NCBI GenBank assembly: GCA_018398765.1
Contig: JAHBMJ010000394.1
Coordinates: forward strand, 1 to 49,106
Length of the DNA stretch: 49,106 nt
Reading direction: 5' to 3'
Source: Chromera velia
Lineage: Eukaryota
Below, one piece after another: positions 1 through 13,250 of the stretch; the stretch's first letter is position 1, and each line of letters starts with the position of its first letter. A program made the translations under genes and the position numbers. Below the pieces are notes generated by a model. That model had not been told where the DNA came from, made no database searches, and worked only from the letters and a program-made list of their open reading frames with translations.

Positions 1-1469
1 ATTTGATTTGATTTGATTTGATTTGATTTGAGCTTCAACCTCAAATATTTGATATTTGAGGTAAGATTTGAGGTTAACCTCTTAGCGTTCCTCACTGAGT
101 TACTGACTTACTGTCACTCTGATCATTTTTCTCATGACAATAGTTATCAGAACATTTCTGATGTGTGTTTCAAAAATTTAAAAAATATATATATATAATT
201 ATAAATTATTAGTTCCGTAAAAAAAAAATGCCTGTGTAGCAGTGTATATACACTAGTCACTGAGACTCACTCTAGTACTAATAGAGATTAAGAACGTAAA
301 ATTGATAGATTTGAAATTGCATATGACTTTTTGTTGATACGATAGAGTTAGAGCACGTACCAAAATTGAGGTGGCAATCACTCAGCTTTATGGCACTTCC
401 TTTTCCTCTTCTTCATGATCACTTTCTTCAATGTGAATCGAATCGATCGGTGGTGGGAGCTGCTGAGAGCTTTTTCTCTGGCTTTTCGGCTTTCCAGGAG
501 TGGGTGCTCCTGGGCTTCTATTCGGTTGCGGAGAGATAACAACGGGGTGAGATGGAGAACCGTACATACGTTTGCTATTGCTGTTGGTGTTGGAACCGTC
601 CTGTTTCTGGGCAGCTAAGCATCCAGAGTTGGTAAGTTCGGCTACCCTCTGTGCCGCACCAGGGCCGACAACAAGCCCTTTGTGTTGGAGGTGAATATAG
701 AGAGGTCGGTAGCCTTCCTCACCCGGAGTGATGACTTTCTCAGGAGGGGGAAGTTTCCCCCCAGCCTTCTCAGCATTTGCGTCTGCGGCCGCCTCCTTTG
801 GTTTCAAATTGGTCCTCCTGCCGGGCCTTGCAGGAGCGGCCCCCCCTCCAGCACTGTCAGCAGCCCCCTCACTGCCTTTTCCCTTGCCTTTCTGGAACTG
901 CTCCACACCGACAGGGAATGTGGTCGCAGCTTTTTAACGCTCGGGGTCAGGGGCATGCTGCAATCTCTTGTGGTTCACATCCAAAATGTCCCAGTCATAC
1001 AGCATGTCTCCGGTGGCGAATCGGTCAAAAGCGGGGTACCTCACCCGTGGATCCGTAAAATGTTTGTAGACGCTCAAAAAGGGGGCCGTAAAAGATGTTC
1101 CAGCACCAGAAAAGTCAACACAGCTGTTCGGGAAAACATTCAGCTGATCGGTTTACCTCTGCATGAAGTAAAAAAGGGTGAAACGTCAATTTCAGTGCAG
1201 CTCAAAACGTTTCTTTTTTGAGAGCAAACCATCAAGATTTAGGTTTTTCTGAAATTTTTCATTTGAATCAGCGTGCGTGACGGATCGGTACTTACAAAAG
1301 TTTTTTCAGGACCTTCATATTTGAGGTTGAAAGTCATATTGATTAAATATTTGATCGTATTTGATAGGTCTTTAAACACTAGGTCCTCCCTGACTGGATA
1401 TTTGATTTGAGCTTAAGCCTTACTTCAAATCAAATCAAATCAAATCAAATCAAATCAAATCAAATCAAA
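1..1469. mobile_element. Putative TIR/foldback-type element bounded by inverted pentanucleotide arrays (ATTTG)n ... (CAAAT)n; left end runs off the window
   Basis: (ATTTG)6 at 1-30 and (CAAAT)n at ~1426-1469 in opposite orientation; perfect 15-bp inverted pair TTCAACCTCAAATAT (34-48) / ATATTTGAGGTTGAA (1317-1331); many subterminal ATTTGA motifs at both ends; AT-rich arms around a GC-richer core. Confidence 0.55.
388..1149 (-). pseudogene. Interrupted ORF of unknown function inside the 1-1469 element
   Basis: ORF 388-906 continues upstream in the same frame through a single TAA at 934-936 (DQLNVFPNSCVDFSGAGTSFTAPFLSVYKHFTDPRVRYPAFDRFATGDMLYDWDILDVNHKRLQHAPDPER*KAATTFPVGVEQFQK...). Another in-frame TAA lies just upstream, next to an acceptor-like TTTTTTACTTCATGCAG. 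No family recognised. Confidence 0.45.
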
Positions 1470-2071
1470 CATGGTCACTAAAGTTATAAACAATGTAGTC
1501 ATGTGTACGAGTCTAGTAGTAGAGGGATCCGATTATGAACAACAAGATCGACGACTAAATTGACGATCACCAAAATTGGAGCTGGAACGCTTCATTAGTG
1601 AAACCACGAGAAAACGAACAAAGCAGCTGAAAACAGAATTAATTCAATTAATTTGAATGACTCATATTTTAATGAATTTGTGTTTGACACTGTTTGTTTA
1701 CTTGTTTAAGACTCTGCATTGCATTGTTCCTATGGTGTCATGGTGATACTTCCAACTTTTATACTTTTGCTTGTTAAATTCATTATATATATATATATAT
1801 ATATATCTTTATTCATCTACGTGCACTTACATTACTGATCGTCTCTTCCTCTCGGAAGTAAGATACAATACATCTATTTTATGTTTTGTAATATTTCAAT
1901 CTAGATTTCAATCAATCAATCATGCAATCAATCAATCAATTAATATTTTAGTTAATTTTACTATCATAGCAATGGACTGCAAAGAAATTTTGAATGTAAA
2001 TTTTAATCCTAAGTAGCATTCATAATTTAACGTACTATATTAATAATATAATAATTAATTTCAACTCCATA

Positions 2072-2143
2072 GTGTGTGTGTGTGTGTGTGTGTGTGTCTG
2101 TGTGTATCCGTCTGTGTGTCCGTGTGTCTGTATGTGTGTGTGA

Positions 2144-2189
<46 letters not shown>

Positions 2190-2227
2190 GTACGTGCGTG
2201 CATGCGCGTGTGCGTGTGCATGTGTAT

Positions 2228-2268
<41 letters not shown>

Positions 2269-2327
2269 TGTGTGTGTGTGTGTGTCTGTGTTTGCGTACG
2301 TGCGTGCATGCGCGTGTGCGTGTGCAT

Positions 2328-2404
<77 letters not shown>

Positions 2405-2435
2405 TGTGTGAATGTGTAAGTGTAAGTGTAAGTGT

Positions 2436-2479
<44 letters not shown>

Positions 2480-2527
2480 GTGTGTGTGTATGTGTGTGTG
2501 TGAATGTGTAAGTGTAAGTGTAAGTGT

Positions 2528-2561
<34 letters not shown>

Positions 2562-2656
2562 ATGTGTGTGTGTGTCGGTGTGCGTAAAAGAAGTGAGTGA
2601 GTGTGCGTGTGTGTGTGTGTGTGTGTGTGCGTGTGTGTGTGCGTGTGCGTGTGTGT
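2072..2656. repeat. Compound (TG)n microsatellite with internal block duplications
   Basis: Long TG runs; block TTTGCGTACGTGCGTGCATGCGCGTGTGCGTGTGCATGTGTATG occurs twice (~2185, ~2290); (GTAAGT)4 block occurs twice (~2415, ~2507). Confidence 0.95.
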
Positions 2657-2837
2657 GAACGTCCTTTTTTACGAATTGGGGACCGTCACTTGATGTTCAA
2701 GTATATGCAGTGGTACCGTGTATGAGTGTTCAGTATTGACAAATGACAGGTTTCAAAGTTGAATACACACTCACCTGACATTTATTTTGACACACATGCA
2801 TTCTTTGGAGACAGCTGTGAATTCTTTTGTGACGGCC

Positions 2838-5800
2838 TCATGCTTCTTCATACTCATATTCGTACTCCCAACCGTCTCCTCCCTCTACACCTTGCTCTCC
2901 ATCGTTTTCCTCATAATAGTATTCCCAGCCGTCTTCTTCTGTGTCCTTTTTGGATTTCTTTTTCTTTTTTTTCTTTTTGTCTTTGTTTCCTTTCTTCTCA
3001 CCTTCCTCGTCGGCAGGTGTTTCAGCTATTTCCGCCTTTTTCCGACTCTCTGACTTTCCTGATTTCCCTCCTTTCACATTCTCTCCTCCCTCGAAACAAA
3101 CCTTTTCGCCCCCACCTCCCGCTGCCTTTGACTGAGACTGGGGTGTCTCATCTTCATCCTCTGCAGGACCGGCAGCAGCTGCGGGAGCCGCCTCTTCCTC
3201 AGCAACACGGGCGGCAGCCGCAATAGCAGTGCCCCTCTCAGCAGCAGCTGCAGCACCGGCAGCCCCTCTTGCCCGGACCCGAGCCTGTCTTTTCCCTATC
3301 GACAGGGCTGAAGGATCCAGAGCTTCCGCACGTGCGGGATGCTTCACATAGAGATCGCAGTGCCACTGTCTGAAGAGGGATGTCGAGGCTCTCTGGGCGT
3401 CCGCTTTGAACTTCTCGATGTCCTTCGGCTGCAGGCAAAAAAAATATACACAAACATATTGATAGAAAGTGTACACAACCAAGAGGCAAGAGCTCTTGCG
3501 TAGCCTTTCGTGCGACGCAAATCAATCAATCAATCAATGCGATAGGGGCAAAATCAAAGAGATCATGGCCTTAGTTGTTGGCTTGCTCTCCGCAGTGGAC
3601 AAGTAGCGCAGTACGAGGGAGACAAAAGTCACGACTGTGCGGATCAGACGAAGGAAAATTGTCCGACTGACTGACTGACTGACTGACTGACTGACCGGTA
3701 TTTTTCCATCCAACATCTTGTGAGTGCACGCGGTGTGGAATATGCAATCCCTGGAGGCTTCGTTTTGAAAGTCAACTTGAAATCGAGGCAGCTCCTTCTC
3801 CCTCCGTCTCCTTTCTTCCGGACTGTCCGTGGACTTTTCAAACAGAGTGCCGGCCAGCACGACGATCCACAGACGGAGCCTATCTGCTGCTTGCAGTTCT
3901 CTGTCTGCAACCTCTTTCGGTTGGGGCCTCTCTACTCTCATCTCACCCCAGAGAAAGCCCCTCAACCTGTCCTCTGGCTTCTTCACTTCAAGCACCAGCC
4001 CCTGCGCGCTCATATTTCCAGGAGATCATGCTCAAAACTCACGAAATCATAGATCGATCCCCATGCAGTCGCTGATTTGATGTTGTTTCGTGTCCCAGCT
4101 CTGCGTGACCTTGATCACTCCCACAGAAAACCAAAAGCGAGAGAGAGAGAGAAAGAGAGAGAGAGGAGAAAGTGAAAAGTGCTGCCGTGATGGAGGGCTT
4201 GTAGCAAGGCAACCAAAACATCAAGGCGAACGTATTGGAGAGAGCGCTCTTTGTCTGTCTGCCTGTCAAGGGGCGAAGTGCCTCGCAATGAAGAACGGCA
4301 ATCGGAGAGAGATACAGAAAGAGACGGACCGTGCTCGTGATGACTGCACGTGCCTCCACATATCCCTGTTTTCTCACTGCCTTCACAGTCGCACTCTCAG
4401 GGTGGGCATGGAACAGCTTGGCGTATTGAGCAGGGTGGAGCTCACAGGGAATCCTGAAGGGGACCCATGCACCCGAGAGAGGCACCCGATCAGTGTGCAT
4501 AAGTAGAAGCAGAAATCTATGTCTCCGGACATAATTCATGACAGACATGAGTGACTGTATAAGTACGGGGCAGAGCACACGCATGACGAGGGTGCATGGG
4601 AATGTGGGGAAAACAAAAGAACAAAGAGAAAGTCTTCGATGCTCACTGGAACAGCTGGTTAAAATCGGCATAAAGAAAACACAAATCTTATCGTACAAGC
4701 CAACGCACCACCGGCATGTGAGCTTGTCAGAAAGATCCGAGAGGAAAAAGCTTTCAAAGGGTCCCCGACCCACAGTCATAGCGAGAAAAACCCACAGAGG
4801 CTGCGAGACCTTCATCAAATACAGCAGAGGAAGGAACACGGTATTACTCACCGTTGGTTTTCGCCGTGTCCATGCACTCTTGAAATCATCGCTTGCACGT
4901 CCGCTGCCGTCTCCTCTGAGAGCTCAATCGGTCGTGTCGTCATGGAGGCTGAAGTTGCGAAGGTCCCAGAGTGGGGCATCCTTCTCTTCCCAAGAACGCG
5001 AACGTATCTGCCGACCTGCACAGAGCGTGCACGCAAGAGGATTCGAGAAATGGTGAAGGAAAGAAAGAGGACTCATAGAAAAGACACATGGGAGAAGCGA
5101 AAAAACGAAAGTTCCCTTGTTTCACCTCGTGCTTTTTTCACTGAACTGACAAGACATAGACAGAAAAAGACAGACAGAGAGACAGAGAGACGCAGAAAAA
5201 GGCTAGTAGGCAGATGGATAGACATGCAGATATATGGATTGATTCATTCCTGCCTAGAAACCTGCAGACAGCCGACTGACTGACGTGCCAATCCAGAGGG
5301 ACAAATTGCCTGTCGACGCTGACGGGCTTAAAGGAGAACTCTGCATCCCTTGCCACTCCCCCGAGATTCCTCGACACGTTCCACTCAATCACTGTGATCG
5401 GAGCTCGGGATTGCATTCCAGAGAAATCTTGCAAGGACAGTGGAGAGCCTGCATGAGGAGGACACAAAGCAGCAAGTGCGCGGAGGATTTGCATGTCGAC
5501 GGCAGTAGAATTAAGGCAGATAGAAAGACAAGAAGGAACTCAGTTTTCTTGTTCGTTGACTGACCAACTTGAGGTTTCCCTGATATTTGTATGGGATGTT
5601 TTTGTGTGTCCCTGATCAAGGCCTCCTCCCTTTCCCTCTCTGCCGCTTCCCTCCTACTCCTCTCATCGTCCAGTGCGTCCCCTGCGGCTGTTCCCCCGTC
5701 CTCTCCGGACATGCGATCGCTGCCGTCATCCTCTGGATCAAGAAGGGTCTCCACCAGGGCGCGACCCTGCAGCAGAGAAGAGAAGTTGGAGCAGAGGCAA

Positions 5801-6572
5801 AAGAGAGAGAAATATGATGGGGTCACTGCATGGTGTGAATGGAACCAAGGATTGAATAGAGAAGAAAAAACATTTTTTTTTCTTTTCAGTCTAGAAGTTT
5901 AGCTTCAAAACCTACGCTCTCCATTTACTCCCAGTCGCCATAAGCGTCCTCTGGTGCGTGTGCCGCGGCAATCCCCCCGGCACAAGCAAAGACAAAAATT
6001 CAAAACTGCAAGAAGACGAGCTAATCAGAGACGGAAAGATGTCTTCGGCTATCCATTTGAAGGGAGAATCTGAAGTCACGAGGGAGACGTGAGGCGTGAG
6101 TTGAAGTCACGGGAGAGACACACATTCCAACGAGTGCTTGTAGGGTTGCTGCACGCGAACGAAACCAGAAGCTGCAAAACAAGAGCATCAATCCACGTGC
6201 GTGATGGAAAGGTCCGACACGAAATGGGGGAACGTTACGGCAGCTTACCCCGGTGAGGGCTTTCGGTCGATTTCTCTGGCAGGCACACGGTTCGTCTGGG
6301 TGAAGTGGGCACCCTTTGACCTTTCGTGCCTCCTCCCTGCGGAGAATGGGGCAGCACAAAAGAGAGGTCGGCCAAGACGTAATGGCCTGCTTTGCATGTT
6401 TGAGATAAAGGGGAACCTGGAGCGGTCCTGATCAGGGGACGGGAAGAAAGAACGAGATTGCAGAAAACTTGAGACGAGAAAAGACAACGGTACAGAACGA
6501 GTGAGAAAGCGCAAGAGAGCGTGGACGAGAGGGACGGGGGAGAGCGAGCAGCAGGGAAAGAGGAAAACATCC

Positions 6573-6604
<32 letters not shown>

Positions 6605-7267
6605 GCGGTGTAGGGGGTGGTGAACAGAGTGAGGGAAGAAGGGAGAAAGCAAGGCACAGAGAGAGAAAGAGGCAAAAAGATAGGGAGGCGGGACAGGGAG
6701 GACCAACTCGTCTGATGACTTCTGATCGCTTTCCCCTTCTTCGAAACTTGAATCGTCATCGTCCTCTAGGTCCTCTTTTGACCCGACAGCAGCCCGAAGA
6801 AGTTCATCTTTGGGGTCTGGCTGGTCCGCACTGCTGGTCTCAGTCACCAACACCCCATACAGAAGTTCCACGCTTTCGCAGAAACCGTCACAGTCTGTGC
6901 GTGTAGGGAAAGCAAAAGAATACTTCGAAGTTCCCACAAAGATATCGATGCTCTTATCGTTCCTGATCACATGCTTCAATTTGGACGGCCAGAATCGAAT
7001 CAGTTCACGTCCTGCCATGTCAGTAATTGACATAATACAAGGGTCGTGCAAGAGTTTGAGGATAAAAGGCTTTTCAGACTCTTGGACTTTGACAAATATC
7101 TTGAAAGATTTTGGACGTAGACGGGAAGATGGAGGAACAAACCGCTTCATTGTTTTTTTCACTCCCTTTTTTTCCTCGCCTCTTGAGCTCCCGGCTTTGT
7201 TTCCCTCCTGTGCTTCTTCCTCCTGCCTTTCTCGCCCCCCCTCTTCTGCAGAATTTTCATTTCCCAT
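2838..7267 (-). CDS. Multi-exon hypothetical protein; MGNENS start (N-myristoylation-like), possible PH-like domain, acidic/lysine-rich C-terminus
   Basis: ATG at 7267; exon 1 to 6708 (GTTGGT donor); further GT-AG bounded coding blocks at ~6427-6249, ~5950-5916, ~5766-5564, ~5450-5286, ~5014-4852, ~4020-3696; last exon 3428-2838 ending in TGA. The PH-like call is by eye (beta-rich segment ending YSFAFPTRTDCDGFCESVELLYG). Confidence 0.65.
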
Positions 7268-8152
7268 TTTGATCTGAGTTGCAGGAGAAACGATTCGCGG
7301 CAAACCAAATCGACTGTTGTTGTACGTGTCTCCCTTCAATGCCAAATGCTCTGGTGGAACAACGGTGTAGAAATTCCAAAAACGCAACAATCAAGAGGCT
7401 TGCAACAGAGCCCACCAGGTTATGCTTTTCGTTCTAGACAGAGTTTCTGATCCACTTGCTTCAGCCATGTATGTAAACCATGTACAGTGAAATGAAAAAT
7501 GCATGCTCTCGATATGCTCTCGATCGCAAAACTGCGCTACATGCATGCGCCGGCCCGTATACGGAATTAAGTCTTAATTTTTTGTCATCACGCGCGCGCA
7601 CTGCGCGCGCACGAATCAGTCTGACTCACTGTGAAACTCGCGGTCATGCGTGCACTGCATGCGTGTCAGAATGTGTCAGACGACACATGATTCACGAAGA
7701 GACTTGACACCTGGTAAGCAGTACCGTGCCAGTACGTGGTGCCAGAAACATGAAGAACACATGGAAGCAGTCCCACCAGAGAACTAATCTAGCACATCGA
7801 GAAAAAGTGCAAAGTGCCCCGAAGGTCTCATGCATTGACTTGGAATTGTCCCACACTCCAATGCTTGGGTGTTCTGTCATGAGCTCAACACATTTTTGAC
7901 CGGTTCGTCTCCTTTCGTTCTCCGTCGGTGACTGGTGATGCAGCACGCAGCCTCCACCTGCAATATTCGATTCTGTCGTAAATTCCTCCACAGTTGAGTG
8001 AGGTAGACATCAATATTGGTTTTTCTGTCGTAGAGAGCCAGAATGTTCCAAACCGATCACTTGGATGGAAGAAAGGCAACGCTCCGTAGGATCTTTCATC
8101 TGCGGTGGCATTCCAAGGCTTGAGACTTGAGCGAAGTCTCACCGTCATTGCG
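7268..8152. promoter_or_regulatory. Probable bidirectional promoter region with GCATGC and (GC)n palindromic motifs
   Basis: Lies between divergent ATGs (7267 -, 8153 +); cluster of GCATGC and CGCGCGCGCA/TGCGCGCGC at ~7500-7665. Confidence 0.5.
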
Positions 8153-11100
8153 ATGGACTCTGATGGAGGGGCAGCGTCTTTGGGAGAGTTCTACTTCACG
8201 GTCGGCATCGGTTCTCCCCTAGAACCCATCGACAAGGAGAGCAGGAATGCTCGAGATCTGCTCACCTCTCGGTTTGCGCCGACGGTTCTGGACTTCTGTC
8301 CAGACCGTGACAGCCTTGATATGCCCTTCAGAGAGCTTGAAGAGGCAATCCTTGCCTTCTTCCCCCTTCAGGAACTCTCATTCGTCGATTTGTCGGAATC
8401 TAGGCCCCCGTCCTTCTTTAACTTCGCTCTTGGGGGACCGCCAATTCGCTTCATCGGCTGCCTTGTGGTGTATGAGCCTTGTATCCCTGCCAAAGCTGTG
8501 CAGACTGCCAAAGGGGTTCGGCAGGCACCGACAGTAGGTGAATTCCTAGATGCCCAGGCTGCCTTCTGGGCAGCCCCCCAGCCCTATCTCCCCATGCCCT
8601 TGAGGTCAAACAATGCGAAAACAACGCTTCTCATCGGAGCGCCTCGCATCCTTTGCGTCATGTCCCGCGTCCCCGTTCTTCGTGTGATGCGTTCCTTTCT
8701 GTTCGAACTGTATTCAGTGTGTCAAGCAGAAGCAATCACCTGGGTTTTGCGCAGAAAGAGGCAGCTGCAGATGGGTCAGTGCGGTCCGAAGTGCTGTATG
8801 CGTCGTCAGCATTGGAAGGTGAGGCGCGCGGCGTGTCCTTCATACGAGCGTCTGATCGCCCTTCTCCTTTTCGACATACCCATGTTCACATCTCCAGGCT
8901 CATCTGGAGATATGGTGGGCGCAGGGGGTAGTGCGGATGAGTCCTCTCGCACGGTTCACGGGGGGGTTGCCTTACAGCCGGAGGTCGAGGGAATGAGCGC
9001 GGTTGTTGCGAAAGCGGGGAGCCGTGTGATTTGGGCACAGAGCGGGCACCCTGTCTTGTGCAGCAGTAGTCTGAGCTGTAGACCCCTCTTCATGACCATG
9101 ACGCCTGACATGGTTGCGGAGGTTGTCTCCTTGCTGCTTCTAGAGAACAAAGTCGTTTTCATCTCAGAGGAGCCCGCTTTGGCTGCACACATGTGCCAAC
9201 TGATAAAGGAAATCGCAATTCCACCCCCTTTCTCGTGGCCCCATCCGTTCATTCCCCTCCTTCCATACGCAAAGCGGGCGCATCTCCAGGCGCCTATTCC
9301 TTTTCTCTACGGCATGGCGGCAACGGAAAAAATTAGAATGGGCCTCGATTGGGTTTTTGTGGTCAGTTGCTTTCTTTGCGGTCATTGAAAAACCCTGGAT
9401 TTGTTTGCCGCAGTCAGTCTATCAGAACGTTCCTTTCCCCCCTTGGTCTCTCTGCTCTTTGTTTCCTGCTATCAAGCTTCCTCTCACATCCTCCCTTGCT
9501 CATTTGTTTGTTTCTCTTTTGTTTATTCGTTCTGCAGGTGGACCTGGACGCTCGAAAGATTATCCCCCCCAGGCGAGCACTGGACAGAGACCGGCCAGTG
9601 ATCCCCCCTGCAATCCAAGAAGAGCTCTCACGGCTGCGGTCTCTTTTTGTTCCGGCAGGGAGGACAGGGGACGAGAGACGGGCGGATTTCCGTGCCAGTT
9701 TTTCCTCTGCAGATCCCGACAGCCGTGCCGCCGCAGTCACACCAACTGAGGGCCGGGCAGACAGAGAGAGCCTGTGGACCCCTACAGGAAAAGCCGCAGC
9801 AGACCTCAGAGGGGGATTGAGATGGTCTGACGCACGCACACCTCAGTGGCCTCCAGCCGCAAGCTCTACCTTCATGCCCCAGGCTCAGCCATCTCCCCCA
9901 CTTCCCACCGCTCCGAATCAAGGCGGGCGCCTCCACACTCCCTCCTTGGCCCCCAAAAGGGACCCCTCGCTCTCCTCCGTCTCCACCCCCACGTCTCCCA
10001 GTCGATCGCAGGTCAACAGGACTATTAGTTCCGCATCCATACTCACAGAGCAACGGGGTGACAACGCAACACAAGTGGGGGGATCCTCTGCACCGCCTCC
10101 GACTGTTCCACGACCAGCCGCGTCTTCTCCCCCGGACTCTCACCATGCTCTTGCAGGTTCCCTACCCTCTGCAGCACCGAAAACAAAGAGGGGTTTGGAT
10201 GAAGCATCGTCCTTTTCAGAAAGGGGAGAAAGAGATGGAAACACCAGGGCCGGTGTCTCGGTCCCCCCCTTTGCCTTCAACGCAGCCCCTTCCACCCCCT
10301 CCACCGTCGGCCTCCAACCCGCATCCCGAGACTCCCTTGCCCAGCCCGGTCCTGCTTCACGAGGCAGCAGGGCTGCAGGGGACCCTGCGACAGGCGACGC
10401 TGTCAGGCCTGCAGGCCCCGGGCTGTCAGGGCCCGTCGACACCACTGCGCACCGCCCTCTGATCAACCATGACTTCACACACACAGCAAGCCCCCCCGTC
10501 TCCCCTCCTGAGGACTCTCTCTGTGCTCAAGCAGGTGAAGGAGAAGGAAGGGCAGAGGGTCAGAGGGGAGAAGCAGAAGAGTCGCAGTCGGAGTCCGTTG
10601 CTCCCACCACAGACTCTCCTCCGACAGACGGCGGTGTGTTGGAGCGAGTGGACGAAGAGTTCGGAGATGGGGGGGAAGAAGAGGAGGAGGGGAACGACCC
10701 CGGAGTGCCCCCTCCAATCCCAACTGCTCCGTTGCGTCCGGTCCCTCTGGGAGAAGGAGAAGGGGCTGCAGCTGCAGAGCAGCAGCCCGTGGTGGTGGAT
10801 GAGGCTCCGGGTTCGGAAATTGGTGAGGAGGACAGAGGAAGAGGCGAAAGAAGCAGAGAAAGAGTATCGTCCCCATCATCTGTCGCTTCGGCAGCGACAG
10901 GTCAGTCGTTTCCCTCTCTCCCTTTGGATACAGAGGGGGGGGCAGGGAGTGGGGGGACGGCGGTGGTGCTTGAGGAGGGGACGCACGGTCAGCCCCCCGG
11001 GAGTCCTTCTGGGTCTGATGATGAGACTGTAGCGGCGGGAGGGGGGGGCCGCACAGGAAGGGAGAGTCCCGGGGGGGCTGGCAGTGACAATGATCGAGAG

Positions 11101-13199
11101 CGTGAGAGGGCAGACGACAAGTGTCTGGACCCCCTTGTGGCCGCAACTGGGGGTCCTGAGGTTTCCCGCTCTTTTGGTCATCTGAGCAGTAGCAGCAACG
11201 TGCATGATGACTTGCAGAGGCCGTCTGCTGACACAGGGGCCCCCTCCGAACCTTTCGGGCCTTCTTCTCCCGTCTCCCCTGTTAACATGGATCCGTCTCC
11301 GCAAGTAGGAGTGGGGGGTGTAGGAAAGGAAATGAGTGGAGATGCCCAAGGAGGATCAGATGATCCTTCCCACGGACACGGAATGCGACGCCGACGAACA
11401 TCCCTCCAAAGTTTGTTGAGTGATGGCCAAAGAGACCCAGAAAGTTTGCCCCCAAACAGTTACATGCACATGCCCGGGGGACGAGCATCCCACTTGCCCC
11501 AAACGTCCAAATCCATGGACGAGGTCAAAGGCCCAGACGGCAGAAACGAAGAAGAATTGAATGGCGCTGTAGAAAAACCTGGCGAGACAAGTTCAGCTTT
11601 GGAAGGCCAATGCAGCACTCCCCCCCCGCTGCCATCTGTTGAAAGAGACCCCCACCAAAGTGAAGTGAGAGTTACCGCTCAGAGTGATACTTCCCCGCCA
11701 GTGCATCCGGTTGAAGATCCCTCACCCTTGCGGGTTTCTCCCTTTCCGTCCCCTTCTTCCATACCTTCAACAAGATCACCCACAGAACCCGTTGACGTTG
11801 TATCGCTTAGAGATCTCAGAGGCCGACAGCTAGAGGAGACGGCAGCAGCAGAGAGACCGAGTCCCTCCAACGCCCAGGCTCCCTCTCTCACAGGGGCGTC
11901 TCCTCGATCCACGCCCCCTGTTCCTTCCCTTGTCCCCTTTACTGAACGGGCTCCGCTTCCAGCAGTTTTTCTCACAGCACCCTCAAAGCTTATCACTGGA
12001 CCTTCCCAAACTCATGCAGCAGCAGAGAGCCGAGAGAGGGAAGCACCAGTCCCAGAACAGACTACATCCCTGCACCCACAACAGCGGAGAGAAATCGGCA
12101 GGCGCGTGGGAGGAGTGCGCGGATGGACTCCTAAGATGCTGCTCCACCCTCACGGTGCAGTGAGACCTCTCCGTCTCCTTCGAGAGAACCGAAAACTCCA
12201 AATGGCAAAATCGGATCCTCCTCATGCAGTACCACAGAGCTCACGTTCTCCCTCTGTCGCCTCCCCGCCCGAGGAAGGCACACATGACCCTTTTGTGTCC
12301 TCCCCCCTGTCTGCACAGGGATCTGGGGAACCTGTGTTGGCAGAGGGGAGGGGTGGGGGGTTCGCGTCGGGTCCGGAAGGTTCTCTGCCCTCTTCCTCTG
12401 CTTCCTTTCAGGGGGACATGGCAGCAAAGGGGCACACGCAAACGAATACGCAGGTGCCAGTTGAAACCTCGGACAGTGTCTCTCTGGTTTCGGGCGGCGC
12501 TCCTGCGTCTCTCCTTTTGTCTCAGCCAAGTGGCATTCCATCTGAGGCACTTGATGGGAGAGACTTGAGAGAACGCCCCCTTCACGAGGGAACTGAGGGG
12601 AACATGTGGAGAGACACCGTGTCTGCTTTGCAGTGCGCAATGCTGAGAATCTTCGGGAACTACAGGTGCGTGCGTGAACTGGACTGTCAGAGACTTCTTC
12701 CTCCCTCCTCCTACTGTTTGATCGTGTCTCGCTCTCGTGTAGTTGCTCTTCACTCACTTTCCTCTTCTTCTCCCCTTCTTCGTGGCGACCTCCTTCCATC
12801 CTTCCTGTCCCCCTTTTTGGTTGCCTAAATTGCAGGACGTACCTGCGGATCAAGTACTCAAACCCAAGCACAGGAGGACGGCCGCAGAGTGCTCCTCCCC
12901 CCCCAGCTGCCGACCCTTCGAAAGGGCGCACCTCGTCCCCCGCTCCGACCCAATCAAGCAGAACGCCCTCGAGACCTGCTTCCCCTGCCGCGGCTTCTCC
13001 CTCTCCCTCTCCGCACGGGGGCGCATCTGCGAGGGGCCTGGCAGGAAGGGGCGCGGGCTCTGCTGTCGGGGGGTCGACTTCCCAGCAGCAGCAGGGGAAG
13101 GCCTCGCCAGGACTGCAGCCTCATTCGGCTGGAGAGATGACGGTGGATTTCGATAAGGAGGGATTCTTGAAGGAATTTGAAAGGTTTGTAAGGCGAGGG

Positions 13200-13250
<51 letters not shown>

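Noticed and set aside
1..30. Telomeric repeat at the window start
   Set aside because: The ATTTG unit is not TTTAGGG/TTAGGG-like and is mirrored internally at 1426-1469.
1905..1940. (CAAT)n runs here and at ~3520-3537 as extra tails of the retroelement
   Set aside because: They are not preceded by the 41-bp unique terminal sequence.
2027..2600. ORFs of poly-VC/HT type (also near 31000, 45100, 48250) and poly-F/K/E ORFs at 23000-23970 and 29300-29800
   Set aside because: These are translations of stop-free microsatellites.
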